Counted from the first letter of the stretch, positions 47,507 through 60,024 are shown. The stretch is 64,000 nt of DNA from Thainema sp. (GCA_052168235.1 JBQLZK010000032.1:1-64000); one strand, 5' to 3'. Notes: generated by a model from the sequence alone, not told the origin. A program made the numbers and translations.

Positions 47507-49081
47507 TTAACGAATCAGGTCAAACGAGATATCCGTCTTCGCCGGAATGATCGTCTTGCGATCCAGCTCGTCCAGAATGGTGTTGATAATCCAGTTGAAC
47601 TGGTTGATCGCACCCTGATAGCCCAACGTCGGATAGCGGTGCATGTGGTGCCGATCAAAAATCGGATAGCCAATGCGAACCAGCGGCGTTTTTGTATCCC
47701 GCCAGAGGTACTTACCGTAGGAATTACCAATCAGCAGGTCTACTGGCTCAGTGAACATCAAAGAGCGGAGGTGCCACAGGTCTTTCTTGCCCCAGATGGT
47801 AGCTCCTTGGCCGTAGGGGCTGTTAGCTAGTACCTCACGCAGTTCTGTCTCAAACTGTTCATTCGAGTTGGTGACAACAATGTGGACTGGCTCAGCGCCC
47901 ATTTCGAGTAAGAACTGGGTAATACCAAACACATGGTCAGGATCGCCATAGAGGGCAACCCGCTTACCGTGAATCCAAGCTTGGGAATCGGTCAGCGCAT
48001 CAACTGCACGGCCCCGCTCTTGCTGTAGCTCTTGAGGAATCGCCTTGCCGGTAACCGCCGACAAAGCCATCAGGAATTCGTCGGTACCCTTAATGCCAAA
48101 CGGACGGAAGTTGTAGGTTTTCTGGCTCCACTCGGTGGTGATGTACTCCTGAGTCTTCGGCGTCGTATACTTCTGGAAGAAGAAAGTACCTTCAGCATTG
48201 ATGGAATCACCAGCTTCTTCAAGAGTCGTTAATCCGTTGTACATCTTGAATTCACCCGTATTGGGAGAATCAAACGTATCGGAGTTGTCCGACAGAATGG
48301 TGTAGTCGATGCCGAACAGGTTCAGGATGCGCTTCAGCTCGCGGATATTGCCGACGTAGGGATCGAAACCCAGGTTGAAGTTAAACTTACCATTCGTGGT
48401 TTCAGCTTTCTTGCCAGCCGTCAGCGTCTTAAGAATGCTGATCAGCATGTTGTCGTAGCCCGTGATGTGGGAACCAACAAAGCTAGGCGTGTGAGCAGCA
48501 GGAACGGGCAAGTCCGCAGGAATCATTTCTTCGTTCTTAGCGGTCGTAATGTATGCGCCAATGTCATCCCCGATGACTTCCGCCATACAGGTGGTGCAGA
48601 GGGCAATCATTTTAGGCTTATACAGCTCGTAAGAGTTCTGCAAACCCTGCTTCAGGTTGTTGAGGCCACCAAATACTGCCGCATCTTCTGTCATAGAGGA
48701 GGAAACAGCTTGGAACGGCTCTTTGTAGTTACGGGTGAGGTGGGTGCGGAAGTATGCGACGCAACCTTGAGAACCGTGGCTGTATGGTAGCGTACCTTCA
48801 AAACCGGAAGCGACAAACAGGGAACCGAGAGGCTGACAGGCTTTCGCGGGATTAATAGTCAAAGCTTCCCGAGCGAAATTCTTTTCCCGATATTCCCAGC
48901 TTTTCGTCCATTCAGCCACTTCGGCAACTTTTTCAGGGCTATGGGCACCTTCAAACTGGCGCTTGTACTCAAATAGATCCTGATAGGTATCCGTATGGAA
49001 CAGATCAAAGTGATCCTGGATCTTACCAACTTCCTCTGCTCCGCAGGGAGTCGGAATGTTGTTTTCTTCGTTCTGAGTCAT
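47507..49081 (-). CDS. nifK: Nitrogenase MoFe protein beta chain
   Basis: NPAKACQPLG, HGSQGCVAYFR, TTCMAEVIGDD, FDLIR. Confidence 0.98.
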   Translation of the reverse strand: MTQNEENNIPTPCGAEEVGKIQDHFDLFHTDTYQDLFEYKRQFEGAHSPEKVAEVAEWTKSWEYREKNFAREALTINPAKACQPLGSLFVASGFEGTLPYSHGSQGCVAYFRTHLTRNYKEPFQAVSSSMTEDAAVFGGLNNLKQGLQNSYELYKPKMIALCTTCMAEVIGDDIGAYITTAKNEEMIPADLPVPAAHTPSFVGSHITGYDNMLISILKTLTAGKKAETTNGKFNFNLGFDPYVGNIRELKRILNLFGIDYTILSDNSDTFDSPNTGEFKMYNGLTTLEEAGDSINAEGTFFFQKYTTPKTQEYITTEWSQKTYNFRPFGIKGTDEFLMALSAVTGKAIPQELQQERGRAVDALTDSQAWIHGKRVALYGDPDHVFGITQFLLEMGAEPVHIVVTNSNEQFETELREVLANSPYGQGATIWGKKDLWHLRSLMFTEPVDLLIGNSYGKYLWRDTKTPLVRIGYPIFDRHHMHRYPTLGYQGAINQFNWIINTILDELDRKTIIPAKTDISFDLIR

Positions 49082-49095
49082 GATGTTCTCCTGAA

Positions 49096-49240
49096 GGATG
49101 AGGGGTGGAGGAGTGAATGAGGGAGAGGAGAGGAATGAGGGGTGGATGGGTGGGAGCGTGGATGGGTGGGAGAGTCTTAATATTCACTTACTCGCCTATC
49201 CATCTACCCATCTACCCACCGACCCATCTACCCGTTTACT
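49096..49240. repeat. Inverted arrays of degenerate octamer repeats between nifD and nifK
   Basis: GGGTGGAT-like units followed by complementary CCATCTAC-like units. Confidence 0.75.
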
Positions 49241-50681
49241 CATTCCAAGGTGCGTTAATCAAATCCCAGGTTGGATTGTTAATCGCGAGATCCATATCGC
49301 GGGCGAAGACTTCAAAGCCGTCGTAGCCGTGGTATGGGCCGGAGTAATCCCAGGAGTGCATCTGACGGAACGGCAGGGCCATCTTCTGGAAGACGTATTT
49401 CTCTTTAATACCTGCTGCAATCAGGTCGGGCTTGAGTTGCTTGGCCAGTTCTTCAAACTCATAGCCGCTGACATCGTCGTAGATAACAGTGCCTTCGTCT
49501 ACATAGTCGGCGGTGCGCTTGTAGTCGTCGCCGTGGCCAAACTCATAGCCAGTACCAATTACTTTCATGCCTAGGTCTTCAAAAGCGGGGATAACGTGGC
49601 GGGGGCGCAGACCACCAACCATCATCATCACTTCCTTACCTTCTAGGCGGGGGCCATATTTTTCAACGACAGCATCCATGCGGGCTTGGTACTTCGCGAT
49701 CACCCGCTCAGCGTTCTCCTGGATGGTTTCGTCGAACTGAGCGGCAATCTTGCGGAGTGACTTCGCGATTTGGGTCGGGCCAAAGAAGTTGTACTCGATC
49801 CAGCCGATGCCGTACTTCTCTTCCATGAAGCGGCAGATGTAGTTCATGGAGCGATAGCAGTGGATCAGGTTCAGCTTCGCTAGCGGCGTCATAACCACTT
49901 CATTGAAGGTACCGTCACCGGAGAATTGGCAGATGACGCGGAGGCCAATTTCTTCTAGTAACAAGCGGCTGGGCCAAGCATCTCCACCGATGTTGTAGTC
50001 ACCGATGATGTTGACATCGTAAGGACCAGGTTCGAACCCTTCGGGTAGTTTGCGGTATTCATCAGCTTTGGGCAGTACCCAGTCTCGCACGGTGTCGTTG
50101 GCGATATGGTGACCCAGGGATTGAGATACACCCCGGAAGCCTTCGCAGCGAACCGGAACAACGGGCTTGCCGTACTCTTTGGCTTTTTTCTTGGCAACGG
50201 CTTCAATGTCGTCTCCGATTAGGCCGACGGGGCATTCTGATTCAATGGTGGTGCCTTGGCTGAGCGGGAAGAGTTCTTCGACTTCGTCGATTAGCTTATC
50301 TAGCTTTTTGTCGCCACCAAATACAATGTCCCGCTCCTGGAAGTCGGAGGTGAACTGCATGGTGCCGAAGGTATCGACTCCGGTGGTGCCGATGTAGTAG
50401 TTACGACGACCAGACCAGGAGTAGTAGCCGCAACCAACTGGGCCGTGACTGAGGTGAATCATGTCCTTGACTGGCCCCCAGACCACACCTTTCGCACCTG
50501 CATAGGCACAGCCACGGGTGGTCATTACGCCGGGAACAGACTTTTTGTTGGACTTCACGCCGCAGTCAGAAGCGCCTTCTTCAGTGACGTTCAAGTGCTT
50601 GGAGCGGCTCTTTTTAGCTTTTTCAGGATACGCTTCCAGTACTTCCTGGACGAGCGCTTTTCTGTCTTCTACGGTGGTCAT
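49236..50681 (-). CDS. nifD: Nitrogenase MoFe protein alpha chain
   Basis: [27 protein letters not shown]; uninterrupted. Confidence 0.98.
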   Translation of the reverse strand: MTTVEDRKALVQEVLEAYPEKAKKSRSKHLNVTEEGASDCGVKSNKKSVPGVMTTRGCAYAGAKGVVWGPVKDMIHLSHGPVGCGYYSWSGRRNYYIGTTGVDTFGTMQFTSDFQERDIVFGGDKKLDKLIDEVEELFPLSQGTTIESECPVGLIGDDIEAVAKKKAKEYGKPVVPVRCEGFRGVSQSLGHHIANDTVRDWVLPKADEYRKLPEGFEPGPYDVNIIGDYNIGGDAWPSRLLLEEIGLRVICQFSGDGTFNEVVMTPLAKLNLIHCYRSMNYICRFMEEKYGIGWIEYNFFGPTQIAKSLRKIAAQFDETIQENAERVIAKYQARMDAVVEKYGPRLEGKEVMMMVGGLRPRHVIPAFEDLGMKVIGTGYEFGHGDDYKRTADYVDEGTVIYDDVSGYEFEELAKQLKPDLIAAGIKEKYVFQKMALPFRQMHSWDYSGPYHGYDGFEVFARDMDLAINNPTWDLINAPWNE

Positions 50682-50792
50682 GATGCCCTCTTAGGTAGGG
50701 TGGATGAGTGGATACGATAGGTGGGGAAGGGGCAGAAACCGGGTTTCCTAGCTAGTTGATGGTTATAGAAACCCGGTTACTAGATCAGGTAA

Positions 50793-51719
<927 letters not shown>

Positions 51720-51842
51720 TCAAAATTCACCAGCCAGGAGGAATATGCAGGTTGAATTCTGTTAGGAGATTGAATCGCAACTTTGGGGTCAGGCCGGAGG
51801 CGATCGCCCAAAGTGGATGGGGGTTAGGGTGTTCATGGGGAA

Positions 51843-51995
51843 GTGAGGAGTGAGAGAGTGAGGAGTGAGGAGTGAGAGAGTGAGGAGTGAAAGAGTGAGG
51901 AGTGAAAGAGTGAGGAGTGAGGAGTCAAGAGTAGAGTCAGAATCAAGGTAAGACGTATATAACGCCTCTCGCCTCTCGCCTCACTCCTCACCTCT
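51843..51995. repeat. Short tandem repeat array (GTGAGGA/GTGAGAGA/GTGAAAGA) with complementary units downstream
   Basis: About 12 heptamer/octamer units at 51843-51930; CTCACTCCTCAC near 51980. Confidence 0.85.
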
Positions 51996-51999
51996 TCCC

Positions 52000-52899
52000 T
52001 TACTCAGTTATTTCTTGAACCACTAGGGATGGTAGTACTCGCTCTTGCAGTTTGGCTTCGATGGCGTATTTCAACGTTGCTGTGCTGCTGGCGCAGGAGC
52101 CGCAGGCTCCGCGTAGTTTGACGAGGACGCGATCGCCATCGACATCGTGAAGTTCGACATCGCCGCCGTCTGCAATCAAGATGGGACGGATTTCTTCGTC
52201 CAGTACCTGCTGGATCAGCATGATTTTTTGAATGGTGGTCATGGGAGCTGAGGGGCGAGGCTCAGGCTCGATCTCGGCGGCTACGCGGGCGGGCATGGCG
52301 GCTCGCTCCTGCTGCACTTCGATCAGGATATCTTCAATGCCAGCGAGGCAAGACCCACAGCCACCGCCTGCTTTGACGTAATTGGTAACTTGCTCAACGG
52401 TCGTTAGGTCGTTCTCGATAACAATGCGGCGAACCCGTGGTTCTGAGATGCCGTAGCAGGCGCAGATTAGAGTTCCTTCATCGTCTTCGTGATGCTCAAC
52501 TTCGATGCCGCGATACTTGTAAATCGCTGCTTCTAGCGCCTCTTGCCCCATGACGGAACAGTGCATTTTCGCTTCTGGCAAACCGCCCAGATAATCAGCA
52601 ATATCTTGATTGGAGATATTGAGCGCTTCGTCGAGGGTTTTACCTTTAATGATTTCTGTCAGTGCCGAAGAAGACGCGATCGCACTGGTGCAGCCAAAGG
52701 TTTGAAAGCTAGCATCCAGAATCTGATCTGCTGATACCTGGATTTTGAGATGCAGTCTGAGCGCATCACCGCAGGCAATACTGCCCACTTCGCCGTAAAC
52801 GACCGCTACATCAGTTTCACTGGGATCTGCATCTGCGATCGCGCCTTGGTTTACGGGATTGTAGAACAGTTCGAGTACTTTTTCGGAATAGTCCCACAT
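52000..52899 (-). CDS. nifU: Fe-S cluster assembly protein NifU
   Basis: ACGDAL, FGC, KMHCSVM, CACY, GGCGSC, GACGSC. Confidence 0.96.
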   Translation of the reverse strand: MWDYSEKVLELFYNPVNQGAIADADPSETDVAVVYGEVGSIACGDALRLHLKIQVSADQILDASFQTFGCTSAIASSSALTEIIKGKTLDEALNISNQDIADYLGGLPEAKMHCSVMGQEALEAAIYKYRGIEVEHHEDDEGTLICACYGISEPRVRRIVIENDLTTVEQVTNYVKAGGGCGSCLAGIEDILIEVQQERAAMPARVAAEIEPEPRPSAPMTTIQKIMLIQQVLDEEIRPILIADGGDVELHDVDGDRVLVKLRGACGSCASSTATLKYAIEAKLQERVLPSLVVQEITE

Positions 52900-52980
52900 G
52901 GCAGTTTCAGGGGTAGAGGGTTAGGGTGGATAAGGTAGGTTTTGTAGGGGCAAATGGCCATTTGCCCCTACCGTGCGTAA

Positions 52981-54174
52981 CTAAGACACAACAGCAACGT
53001 TTCGTTCTTGCAGCCAGTCGGCTTGGTCGTTGTTAAAGGGAGAGAGTGCCCGTAGTTTTTCGACGATGCCGGGCATTACCGCTAACACGTGCTGGATGTC
53101 GTTTTCAGTGGTGAAGCGGGAGAGGCTGAAGCGGATCGAGCCATGCAGGATGGTGTAGGGTAGTCCCATTGCGGTCAGGACGTGGGATGGGTCGAGGGAG
53201 CCGGAGGTGCAGGCGGAGCCAGAGGAAGCACAGATTTCGTGCTTGTTGAGCATGAATAGGATCGCTTCGCCTTCAATGTACTTAAAGCCGATATTGGTGG
53301 TGTTGGGCAAGCGCTCGGTACCGCCGCCATTTACGTCACAGTCTGGAATTAACTCCAGTAGCTGCTTTTCGAGTAAGTCGCGCAGCCAGCGCTCCCGATC
53401 CACATTTTGTAGGTGTTTCTGAGCTAGTTCCGCTGCTTTGCCGAGCGCTACAATTCCCGGTACATTGTGGGTTCCAGCTCGCCGCCCGCGCTCTTGGTGT
53501 CCCCCCAGGAGGAACGGACGGAACCGGAAACCGCGCCGCACATAAAGCGCACCGATGCCCTTGGGCGCATGGAGCTTATGTCCAGACAACGTCAGCAGGT
53601 CAATTGTGCTGTTACTCAAATCAATGGGCACTTTACCCACGGCCTGCACGGCATCGACGTGGAATGTTGCGCCATATTCTTTTGCGATCGCGCCAATTTG
53701 TTCGATTGGAAAAATCACGCCCGTCTCGTTATTGGCGTACATGGTGGTGACGAGCGCTGTACCGCCTGTCATGGCCGCTTCAACTTCCATCATGTCAAGC
53801 TGACCACGCTTATCGACGGATAGATAAGTAACGGTGTAACCTTTCTTTTCTAAATGCTTGCATACGTTAAGGATAGCCGGATGCTCGACTGCCGTAGTGA
53901 CGATATGGCGCTTTTCGGGCTGGGCCGCAAGAGCCGCATGGATGGCTGTATTATTGCCTTCACTGCCGCAGCTATTGAAGATAATTTCGGTATCTTCAGC
54001 CCCAAGCAGCGCCGCCACTTGCTCTCTGGCCTGTTGAACTACCGCACCAACCTGGCCACCAAAGCTGTGCATTGACGAGGGATTCCCGTAAAGGTCGCTT
54101 AAATAAGGCAGCATCGCCTCCAGCACTTCCGGATCAACCTGAGTTGTGGCGTTGTTATCCAAATAAATGACCAT
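52981..54174 (-). CDS. nifS: Cysteine desulfurase NifS
   Basis: YLDNNATT, SGHKLH, SSGSACTS. Confidence 0.96.
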   Translation of the reverse strand: MVIYLDNNATTQVDPEVLEAMLPYLSDLYGNPSSMHSFGGQVGAVVQQAREQVAALLGAEDTEIIFNSCGSEGNNTAIHAALAAQPEKRHIVTTAVEHPAILNVCKHLEKKGYTVTYLSVDKRGQLDMMEVEAAMTGGTALVTTMYANNETGVIFPIEQIGAIAKEYGATFHVDAVQAVGKVPIDLSNSTIDLLTLSGHKLHAPKGIGALYVRRGFRFRPFLLGGHQERGRRAGTHNVPGIVALGKAAELAQKHLQNVDRERWLRDLLEKQLLELIPDCDVNGGGTERLPNTTNIGFKYIEGEAILFMLNKHEICASSGSACTSGSLDPSHVLTAMGLPYTILHGSIRFSLSRFTTENDIQHVLAVMPGIVEKLRALSPFNNDQADWLQERNVAVVS

Positions 54175-54219
54175 TACTTCATCTCCGCAGTGAAAACAAA
54201 TGTGGGCTGGTATTAAAGG

Positions 54220-54636
54220 CTAGGAACAGGTTTCGGGCTGGTATGAGGCGTGGTGAGCAGCCTGCAAATTCTTTAGCGTTTTGGCATAGGTCTCAAACCA
54301 CTGACGCCAATAGCTTGACTGCTGATTGTCGGCTTGTTTCCCTTTCAGTCGCGCCACCATGCGGGTGTAAGACTCGAACCACGTTCTCCAATATTCATTC
54401 AGCGGTTCAGTTCTAGATGCCAGCAGGACGGCTTCAACTTCTGTAGTTAGGGCAATACAGCCTTCATTAGTCGGACAAACCGCCCAGCACTGGGGCACTC
54501 CATATGAGCCTTCACACTGATTACAGCGATTGATATCAATCCAGAAACTCATTCCGTCAGTTTGAATCGCTCCCGTAGGGCAAGCAGAGTAACAGCGCTG
54601 ACAACTAATACAGTCACTTGTAATGGTGTAGGTCAT
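54220..54636 (-). CDS. fdxN: 4Fe-4S ferredoxin FdxN with C-terminal extension
   Basis: CISCQRCYSACP and CNQC...PQCWAVCP; between nifB and nifS. Confidence 0.85.
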   Translation of the reverse strand: MTYTITSDCISCQRCYSACPTGAIQTDGMSFWIDINRCNQCEGSYGVPQCWAVCPTNEGCIALTTEVEAVLLASRTEPLNEYWRTWFESYTRMVARLKGKQADNQQSSYWRQWFETYAKTLKNLQAAHHASYQPETCS

Positions 54637-54660
54637 GGCTCAGTTCCTCGTGGTGTGTAA

Positions 54661-54883
54661 GGGAGAGGCGGGAGAGTGGGAGAGTAGATGGGTGGATGAG
54701 TGGGAGGGTGGATGAGTGGGAGGGTAGATGAGTGGATGAGGTGTTAAGTATGAGATTTTAGGCATTAAGTTTTGGGTTGCAGATGTTGCCTTTTGACTGG
54801 CACCCAGTACCCTTCTACCTATCTACCCATCCACTCTCTTACCCATCTACCCATCTACCCATCCACCCATCTACCCATCTACC
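54661..54883. repeat. Inverted arrays of octamer repeats between nifB and fdxN
   Basis: G-rich GGGTGGAT/GAGTGGAT units, then CCATCTAC/CCATCCAC units that include the nifB stop. Confidence 0.8.
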
Positions 54884-56358
54884 AAAACCTGTTCGTCATA
54901 AAACTGCCGTGCGACCGTTTCAATCACGTCGTAGGCTTCAATCACGGTCAATCCGGCTTTCTGTAGCTCTTTCTGGGGGCAGGGGCCAACTTTGGCCGCT
55001 AGAATCGCTTTACAGTCAGCGATGGTCTTGATGATGCCGTCGAGAGCCGCCTCTTCGCCGTAGCCGCCTTGGCAGTAGTCAGCGACTTTGCGGTGGCCGA
55101 TGAACTTGGCTTCGGTGGCATCGACTTCGTAAATCATGAACTCTTTGGCGTGACCAAAATGCTGATTTACTAAGCCACCGCCTTTAGTTGCAACAGCAAC
55201 AAGGACTTTGGGACTTGCCTGGACAGTTGAAGAGCCATTTGCGCCAACGGCTGCCTTTTTCTTTTCTGCAACGGCGGCACGGGTTTGCTCGATGTTGAGA
55301 TGAATGGCCTGTCGGGTTTCTAGGCTATAGTCTGCCGACATCTCCATGAATTTCTCTTTGGTAAATTCTTGGCTGCGGTCTTCACCTAACAGACCGACGG
55401 CATCTGCTCGGCACTGGCGACAGTGGCGCATCAGTTTCATGTTGCCGGAGCACTTGTCTTGAACGGTTTTTAGCTCCTTGGGGTTAGGTCCACGTTGACC
55501 GTTTAGACCAAAGTACGTGCCGTGCTCCGGTGCCGAGATCAGGGGCATAATGTTATGCAAAAATGCGCCTCGTTCCCGGATAGCTTTATTCACTTCTGGC
55601 ATGTGCTCATCGTTGATGCCAGGAATCAAAACGGAGTTCACTTTACAGAGAATATCGGCTTCTTGCAGAGCCTGTAAGCCTTCCATCTGCCGCTCATGCA
55701 GGATTTTTACTCCTTCAATGCCGCGATAGCGACGACGGCGGTAGTGAACCCAGGGATAAATCTTTTCACCAATTTCCGGGTCAACCATATTAATGGTGAT
55801 CGTGACGTGATCAACATTGAGTTGTTTAATCCGGTCTACATAATCCGGCAGCATCAAGCCATTGGTCGAGAGGCAGAGCTTGATATCCGGTGCTTTGTCG
55901 GCAATGAGTTCGAAAGTACGGAAAGTTTTCTCTGGATTCGCTAATGGATCGCCAGGGCCAGCAATGCCCAGTACCGTCATTTGAGGAATCTTGCCTGCGA
56001 CCACTAATACTTTATGAGCCGCTTCTTCAGGCGTTAACAGTTCGCTAACCACGCCGGGACGGCTTTCGTTCGCGCAGTCGTATTTACGATTGCAGTAGTT
56101 ACATTGGATATTGCAAGCGGGTGCAACAGCAACGTGCATCCGGGCATAGTGGTGATGGGCTTCTTCGCTGTAGCAGGGATGCTTCTCGATACGAGCCTTC
56201 ATTGACTCACTTAGGCCAGTAGCAGTGTCGTTTTTACTGCTACAGCCGCAGCCGCCGCCAGACTTTTTGACTTCAACTTTTGTTTTAGTCAATGTAATGT
56301 CCAGCTCGGGCGTCGCAGCAGGCGCGGAAGCAAGGGCAGAGGGTGGCGGTGGCGTCAT
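54871..56358 (-). CDS. nifB: FeMo-cofactor biosynthesis radical SAM protein NifB
   Basis: [27 protein letters not shown]-terminal NifX-like domain. Confidence 0.98.
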   Translation of the reverse strand: MTPPPPSALASAPAATPELDITLTKTKVEVKKSGGGCGCSSKNDTATGLSESMKARIEKHPCYSEEAHHHYARMHVAVAPACNIQCNYCNRKYDCANESRPGVVSELLTPEEAAHKVLVVAGKIPQMTVLGIAGPGDPLANPEKTFRTFELIADKAPDIKLCLSTNGLMLPDYVDRIKQLNVDHVTITINMVDPEIGEKIYPWVHYRRRRYRGIEGVKILHERQMEGLQALQEADILCKVNSVLIPGINDEHMPEVNKAIRERGAFLHNIMPLISAPEHGTYFGLNGQRGPNPKELKTVQDKCSGNMKLMRHCRQCRADAVGLLGEDRSQEFTKEKFMEMSADYSLETRQAIHLNIEQTRAAVAEKKKAAVGANGSSTVQASPKVLVAVATKGGGLVNQHFGHAKEFMIYEVDATEAKFIGHRKVADYCQGGYGEEAALDGIIKTIADCKAILAAKVGPCPQKELQKAGLTVIEAYDVIETVARQFYDEQVLVDG

Positions 56359-56779
56359 TGTTTTTGGTGTAGTAAGGGGCAGGACAGCAATAAAAAGGAA
56401 GCAGTGGAAAAAAGAAAGAGAGAAGAAAGAGTGGCGCTACATCAACTAACCGCATCAATACTGTAAACACAGTTGCTTTTCTACAAGGCCAACTTAGCTG
56501 TAGACCAAAAATGAGAGACTAGATGATGCAGCGCGTGTGGTTTTAAGAGAGTGCTATGCCTTATCCGATGACCTGAATTTGTTGATAGTGCTTAGCTGAA
56601 TTAACGGAATCAAACAGACATGATTCAAATAAATAAAGGTGCTCTAACCGAGCCGATTGATCAGGTCTGAATTGATTCCACCGATTTCAACTAACTCTCA
56701 AAGACTGGTTGCTCGGCGTTGAACGATTTATAGCAATGGGGCTAGGACGTGCTTTGTCAAAATGCCCGATAAAGTTTAT

Positions 56780-57637
56780 TGAGTAATTAACGCTGTACTC
56801 AACCGCTGTAACACCTATCAATTCGCAATCAAAAATATTTTTAGGGTCAGGGCACTAGTCTTTTACGAAGGGAGGACTAGTATTTTTTTCACTCGGCCCG
56901 ATCATTACTGTACTCAGCGCTATTCGCTACACCACAAGGATTTGGCGCAGTTTAAGTACACTTCAAAAAGAGTTGCCGCTGAGTACTCAAATGGACTGAT
57001 TCTGATAAATTAGCTACAAAATAAATTGGATTGTTTAACAGTCTAAATCATCGTCTGTATCAGTTCTTTCAATTTCATGATTTCTTTAGTAACAAGCCGC
57101 ACTTTTTTGTGTTAAACAATGTAACAGTAGCAAGTTGAGCTTTAGTGACGCTAGGTCTAGATCTCGTTTGTTTGGGGATGATGCGATCGCAAATAGCACT
57201 ACTCGTATTCCCACTCATCGTGAATCACTCATATTGAATTTAGACAGGGATTAGATAGAAATAGGTGCGGCAGCGAATGACCCTCTTTGAGTGTTGGTGC
57301 CTTGAATAGCTTACAAAAATCATTATCGGATTCCTACTAGCCAATAGTTGTTAAGGAATGCTGAATTAAATCGAAGGGTTTTAGCATAGCCTGCTACAGT
57401 TTCTTTTATAAGACTATGATTACTGCAATCTAAATACTCATTTTGAGTACAATAGCGGCTGGTTTTCGCATCAGCTCAATCGCCGCTCAGGTCTTTGTAT
57501 ACCAGTGCTTCCGCCTGAGTACAGAATACTTGTACCTAGTCTTAGAAATACCTGTACATCCATCTCAAAATACTCGTCCCCTGTACCCAAAGAAATCTCA
57601 AATCCTCGTCTCTAATGGGTTTGAGCGATTGAGTACA
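56780..57637. promoter_or_regulatory. Repeated TGAGTACA-like motifs in the divergent nifB / cysE promoter region (putative CnfR/PatB sites)
   Basis: Motifs at 56780, 56794(rc), 56909(rc), 56980 (palindromic TGAGTACTCA), 57444, 57516, 57630. Confidence 0.7.
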
Positions 57638-57732
57638 GCAGTAATTACTTTATTAAGTCTGGATTAGAGCAGTGCAATTTCTGGGCCTAACGGTCGCTTG
57701 CTATAAGCAGGTAAACACAGCCCTGCGGAACC

Positions 57733-58503
57733 ATGTCACTCTATCTACCCCATCCCTTAATTCAGCCCGTACTCAACTGGTTCAACCAGTTAGAACAGCA
57801 GATTCCTCTCTTCGAAGACTTCGCAATTATCTTCAAGCGTGATCCGGCTGCCCGTGGTTGGGTCGAAGTCCTCTGCTGCTATCCCGGTCTACATGCGATC
57901 GCAGCTCATCGGTTAGCCCACTGGTTACACAATCGCGGCATCAAATTCTTTCCTCGCTTCATTTCCCATCTGAGTCGCTTTTTTACCGGGATTGAAATTC
58001 ATCCCGGTGCCCAGCTGGGGCGCGGTGTGTTTATTGACCACGGCATGGGGGTGGTGATTGGCGAAACCGCCATTGTGGGTGACTATACGCTGATCTATCA
58101 GGGCGTTACCCTGGGCGGCACCGGCAAAGAAACGGGGAAGCGTCACCCCACCATCGGCCAGGGCGTCGTGATTGGCACTGGGGCGAAGGTGCTGGGCAAC
58201 ATTCACATTGGTGATCATGCCCGCATTGGTGCGGGTTCCGTCGTTCTGCGCCAGGTGCCAGCTAACTGCACTGCCGTTGGCATCCCGAATCGCAACGTCT
58301 GTCGATGCAACACCGCAGCAGCACCGCTAGAGCATGGCCAGCTACCCGATGCCGAAGCCGCTACCGTCCGCCTCTTACTCGATCGCATCGAAGCCCTAGA
58401 AACTCAAGTTCAACGTCTCTCCCTCTCCCACGCCTACTCTCCTACTCCCTTACCCTCTATTCTTCCACCACTGCCCACTCTGGAGTATCAGCATCATGAA
58501 TAA
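57733..58503 (+). CDS. cysE: Serine O-acetyltransferase (NifP)
   Basis: [31 protein letters not shown] hexapeptide repeats. Confidence 0.95.
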   Translation: MSLYLPHPLIQPVLNWFNQLEQQIPLFEDFAIIFKRDPAARGWVEVLCCYPGLHAIAAHRLAHWLHNRGIKFFPRFISHLSRFFTGIEIHPGAQLGRGVFIDHGMGVVIGETAIVGDYTLIYQGVTLGGTGKETGKRHPTIGQGVVIGTGAKVLGNIHIGDHARIGAGSVVLRQVPANCTAVGIPNRNVCRCNTAAAPLEHGQLPDAEAATVRLLLDRIEALETQVQRLSLSHAYSPTPLPSILPPLPTLEYQHHE

Positions 58504-58774
58504 CATAAATAAACCGATATCCACTGGCCCAACCTGCAGCCAGATTGTATCTGTGCGCCGGTGCGATCGCTGGTCTATCTATCACCGCCTAAAAGAACTG
58601 GGTATTCCTTGCACCTGTCCAGCAGACGGTACGCTGCGCGTTGATGTGAATCATGCAGTAGCTCTAGTACTGGTTCACAGCACCGTCCGCCAGTTTATGA
58701 CCTCCCGCCGCGAAAGCGTTGACTGGCTAGAACGCTGCTGGCAAACCCAGGAAGCGTGTCAGGTTGATCATTAG
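58496..58774 (+). CDS. Asr1405/Asl0597-like nif-associated protein
   Basis: [15 protein letters not shown]...L.WLERCW pattern. Confidence 0.75.
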   Translation: MNNINKPISTGPTCSQIVSVRRCDRWSIYHRLKELGIPCTCPADGTLRVDVNHAVALVLVHSTVRQFMTSRRESVDWLERCWQTQEACQVDH

Positions 58775-58868
58775 CCTATTCTTATCCACCTATTCTCACC
58801 AATGTCCTTTCTATCTTTACTAATGCAATTTCACAGACTGCAAGATCCCCTCTGCCCCCCTTAATAAG

Positions 58869-59034
58869 CTACTGCTTATACACATCCTAAATAGTCCTTC
58901 TAAATCCCGGACTGATCCCCCTAAATCCCCTTTAATAAAGGGGGAACTTTGAGCCAGTCCCCCCCTTTTTAAGGGGGGCTAGGGGGGATCTCAACGCCGA
59001 AACGAAGCCTAGAAGACTTATGTATAAACAGTAG
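58869..59034. mobile_element. Family C MITE copy (reverse) with 9-bp target duplication
   Basis: CTTAATAAG on both sides (58860-58868, 59035-59043); TIR CTACTGCTTATACA / TGTATAAACAGTAG. Confidence 0.9.
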
Positions 59035-59121
59035 CTTAATAAGGGGGATGGCGATAGCCGGGGGAGCTCATCCCTAGTCCACCTTTTCCTTATCTATCAT
59101 TAACCCCACTGGAGTTATTTT

Positions 59122-59664
59122 ATGACCACTCAAACCCTGGTTCGTGCTTTTGGTGAAGTTGGTAGCAATCCAATTGGCCTCGAAAAAGACGTAACGATCA
59201 CGGTATGCGAAGGACTCAATCTGGCTTATGCCAGCTTTCAAGCCCTTTATCTGCAGTACCAGAAGCACCACTTTGTTGTAGAAGGCACAGAATTCTATTC
59301 TCTGCATGAGTTTTTCCAAGAAAGCTACGATGCCACTCAAAGTCATGCTCACGATGTAGCTGAGCGGCTGAATGGGCTAGGTGGCATACCAGCAGGCACG
59401 TTTGCCACCCTAGCAGAACTCTGCTGCTTTACTCCAGAACCCGACGGAGCTTATACCTGCCGCCACATGGTTGAAAATGACCTAGCGGCAGAACAAGAAA
59501 TTATTACCCTGCTGCGCCGTTTGGCGGCTCAGGCTGAAAGCGTTAGCGATCGCGCTACTCGCTATCTTTACGAAGAAATTCTGCTCAAGACTGAAGACCG
59601 AGCGTTCCACCTCGATCACTTCCTGACTACTGATAGCCTCACCTTGGCCTTTATCAAACAGTAA
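59122..59664 (+). CDS. Dps/ferritin-like protein
   Basis: [24 protein letters not shown]. Confidence 0.9.
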   Translation: MTTQTLVRAFGEVGSNPIGLEKDVTITVCEGLNLAYASFQALYLQYQKHHFVVEGTEFYSLHEFFQESYDATQSHAHDVAERLNGLGGIPAGTFATLAELCCFTPEPDGAYTCRHMVENDLAAEQEIITLLRRLAAQAESVSDRATRYLYEEILLKTEDRAFHLDHFLTTDSLTLAFIKQ

Positions 59665-59765
59665 TATCAGGTCTGGTTGAAAACCCATAATTCATTTTTT
59701 GTGAAACGTTTGCTCCGCAAACATTTCACAAAAAATGAACTGGGTTCTTACACACAGACTTGAGA
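59665..59765. mobile_element. Family B MITE copy
   Basis: TATCAGGTCTGGTTG...CACACAGACTTGA. Confidence 0.8.
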
Positions 59766-59849
59766 TAATCCAGATTTCGATCTGGATGTAGCGTCTGGTC
59801 TTCGCTTCGTCTTGGCAGAATTATCCGACGTTACAGGAGCATTTCCCCT

Positions 59850-59984
59850 ATGTTTTCTTATCTGATTGTATTTGGATTCTTTGCTGTCGTTGCCTGGGCA
59901 CATCAGCTATTTCTCAATCAACTGTTGCCAGATAGCTACCCTACCTCAGACAGTACACAGCACCACCAAACCATTAAAGAGTAA
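59850..59984 (+). CDS. Putative 44-aa small membrane protein (below the ORF-track cutoff)
   Basis: AGGAG upstream; MFSYLIVFGFFAVVAWAHQLFL...IKE; same strand as dps and nifV. Confidence 0.5.
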   Translation: MFSYLIVFGFFAVVAWAHQLFLNQLLPDSYPTSDSTQHHQTIKE

Positions 59985-60024
59985 GAAGCTCGCTTGAATG
60001 TTTTGAAAGCTTGGCTAGGCCAAG

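Noticed and set aside
51843..54883. Repeat arrays as a CRISPR array
   Set aside because: Units are 7-8 nt without unique spacers, and no cas genes are present
55230..55252. VGANGS in NifB as a second in-frame REP remnant
   Set aside because: Only a partial DNA match and no palindrome; chance cannot be excluded
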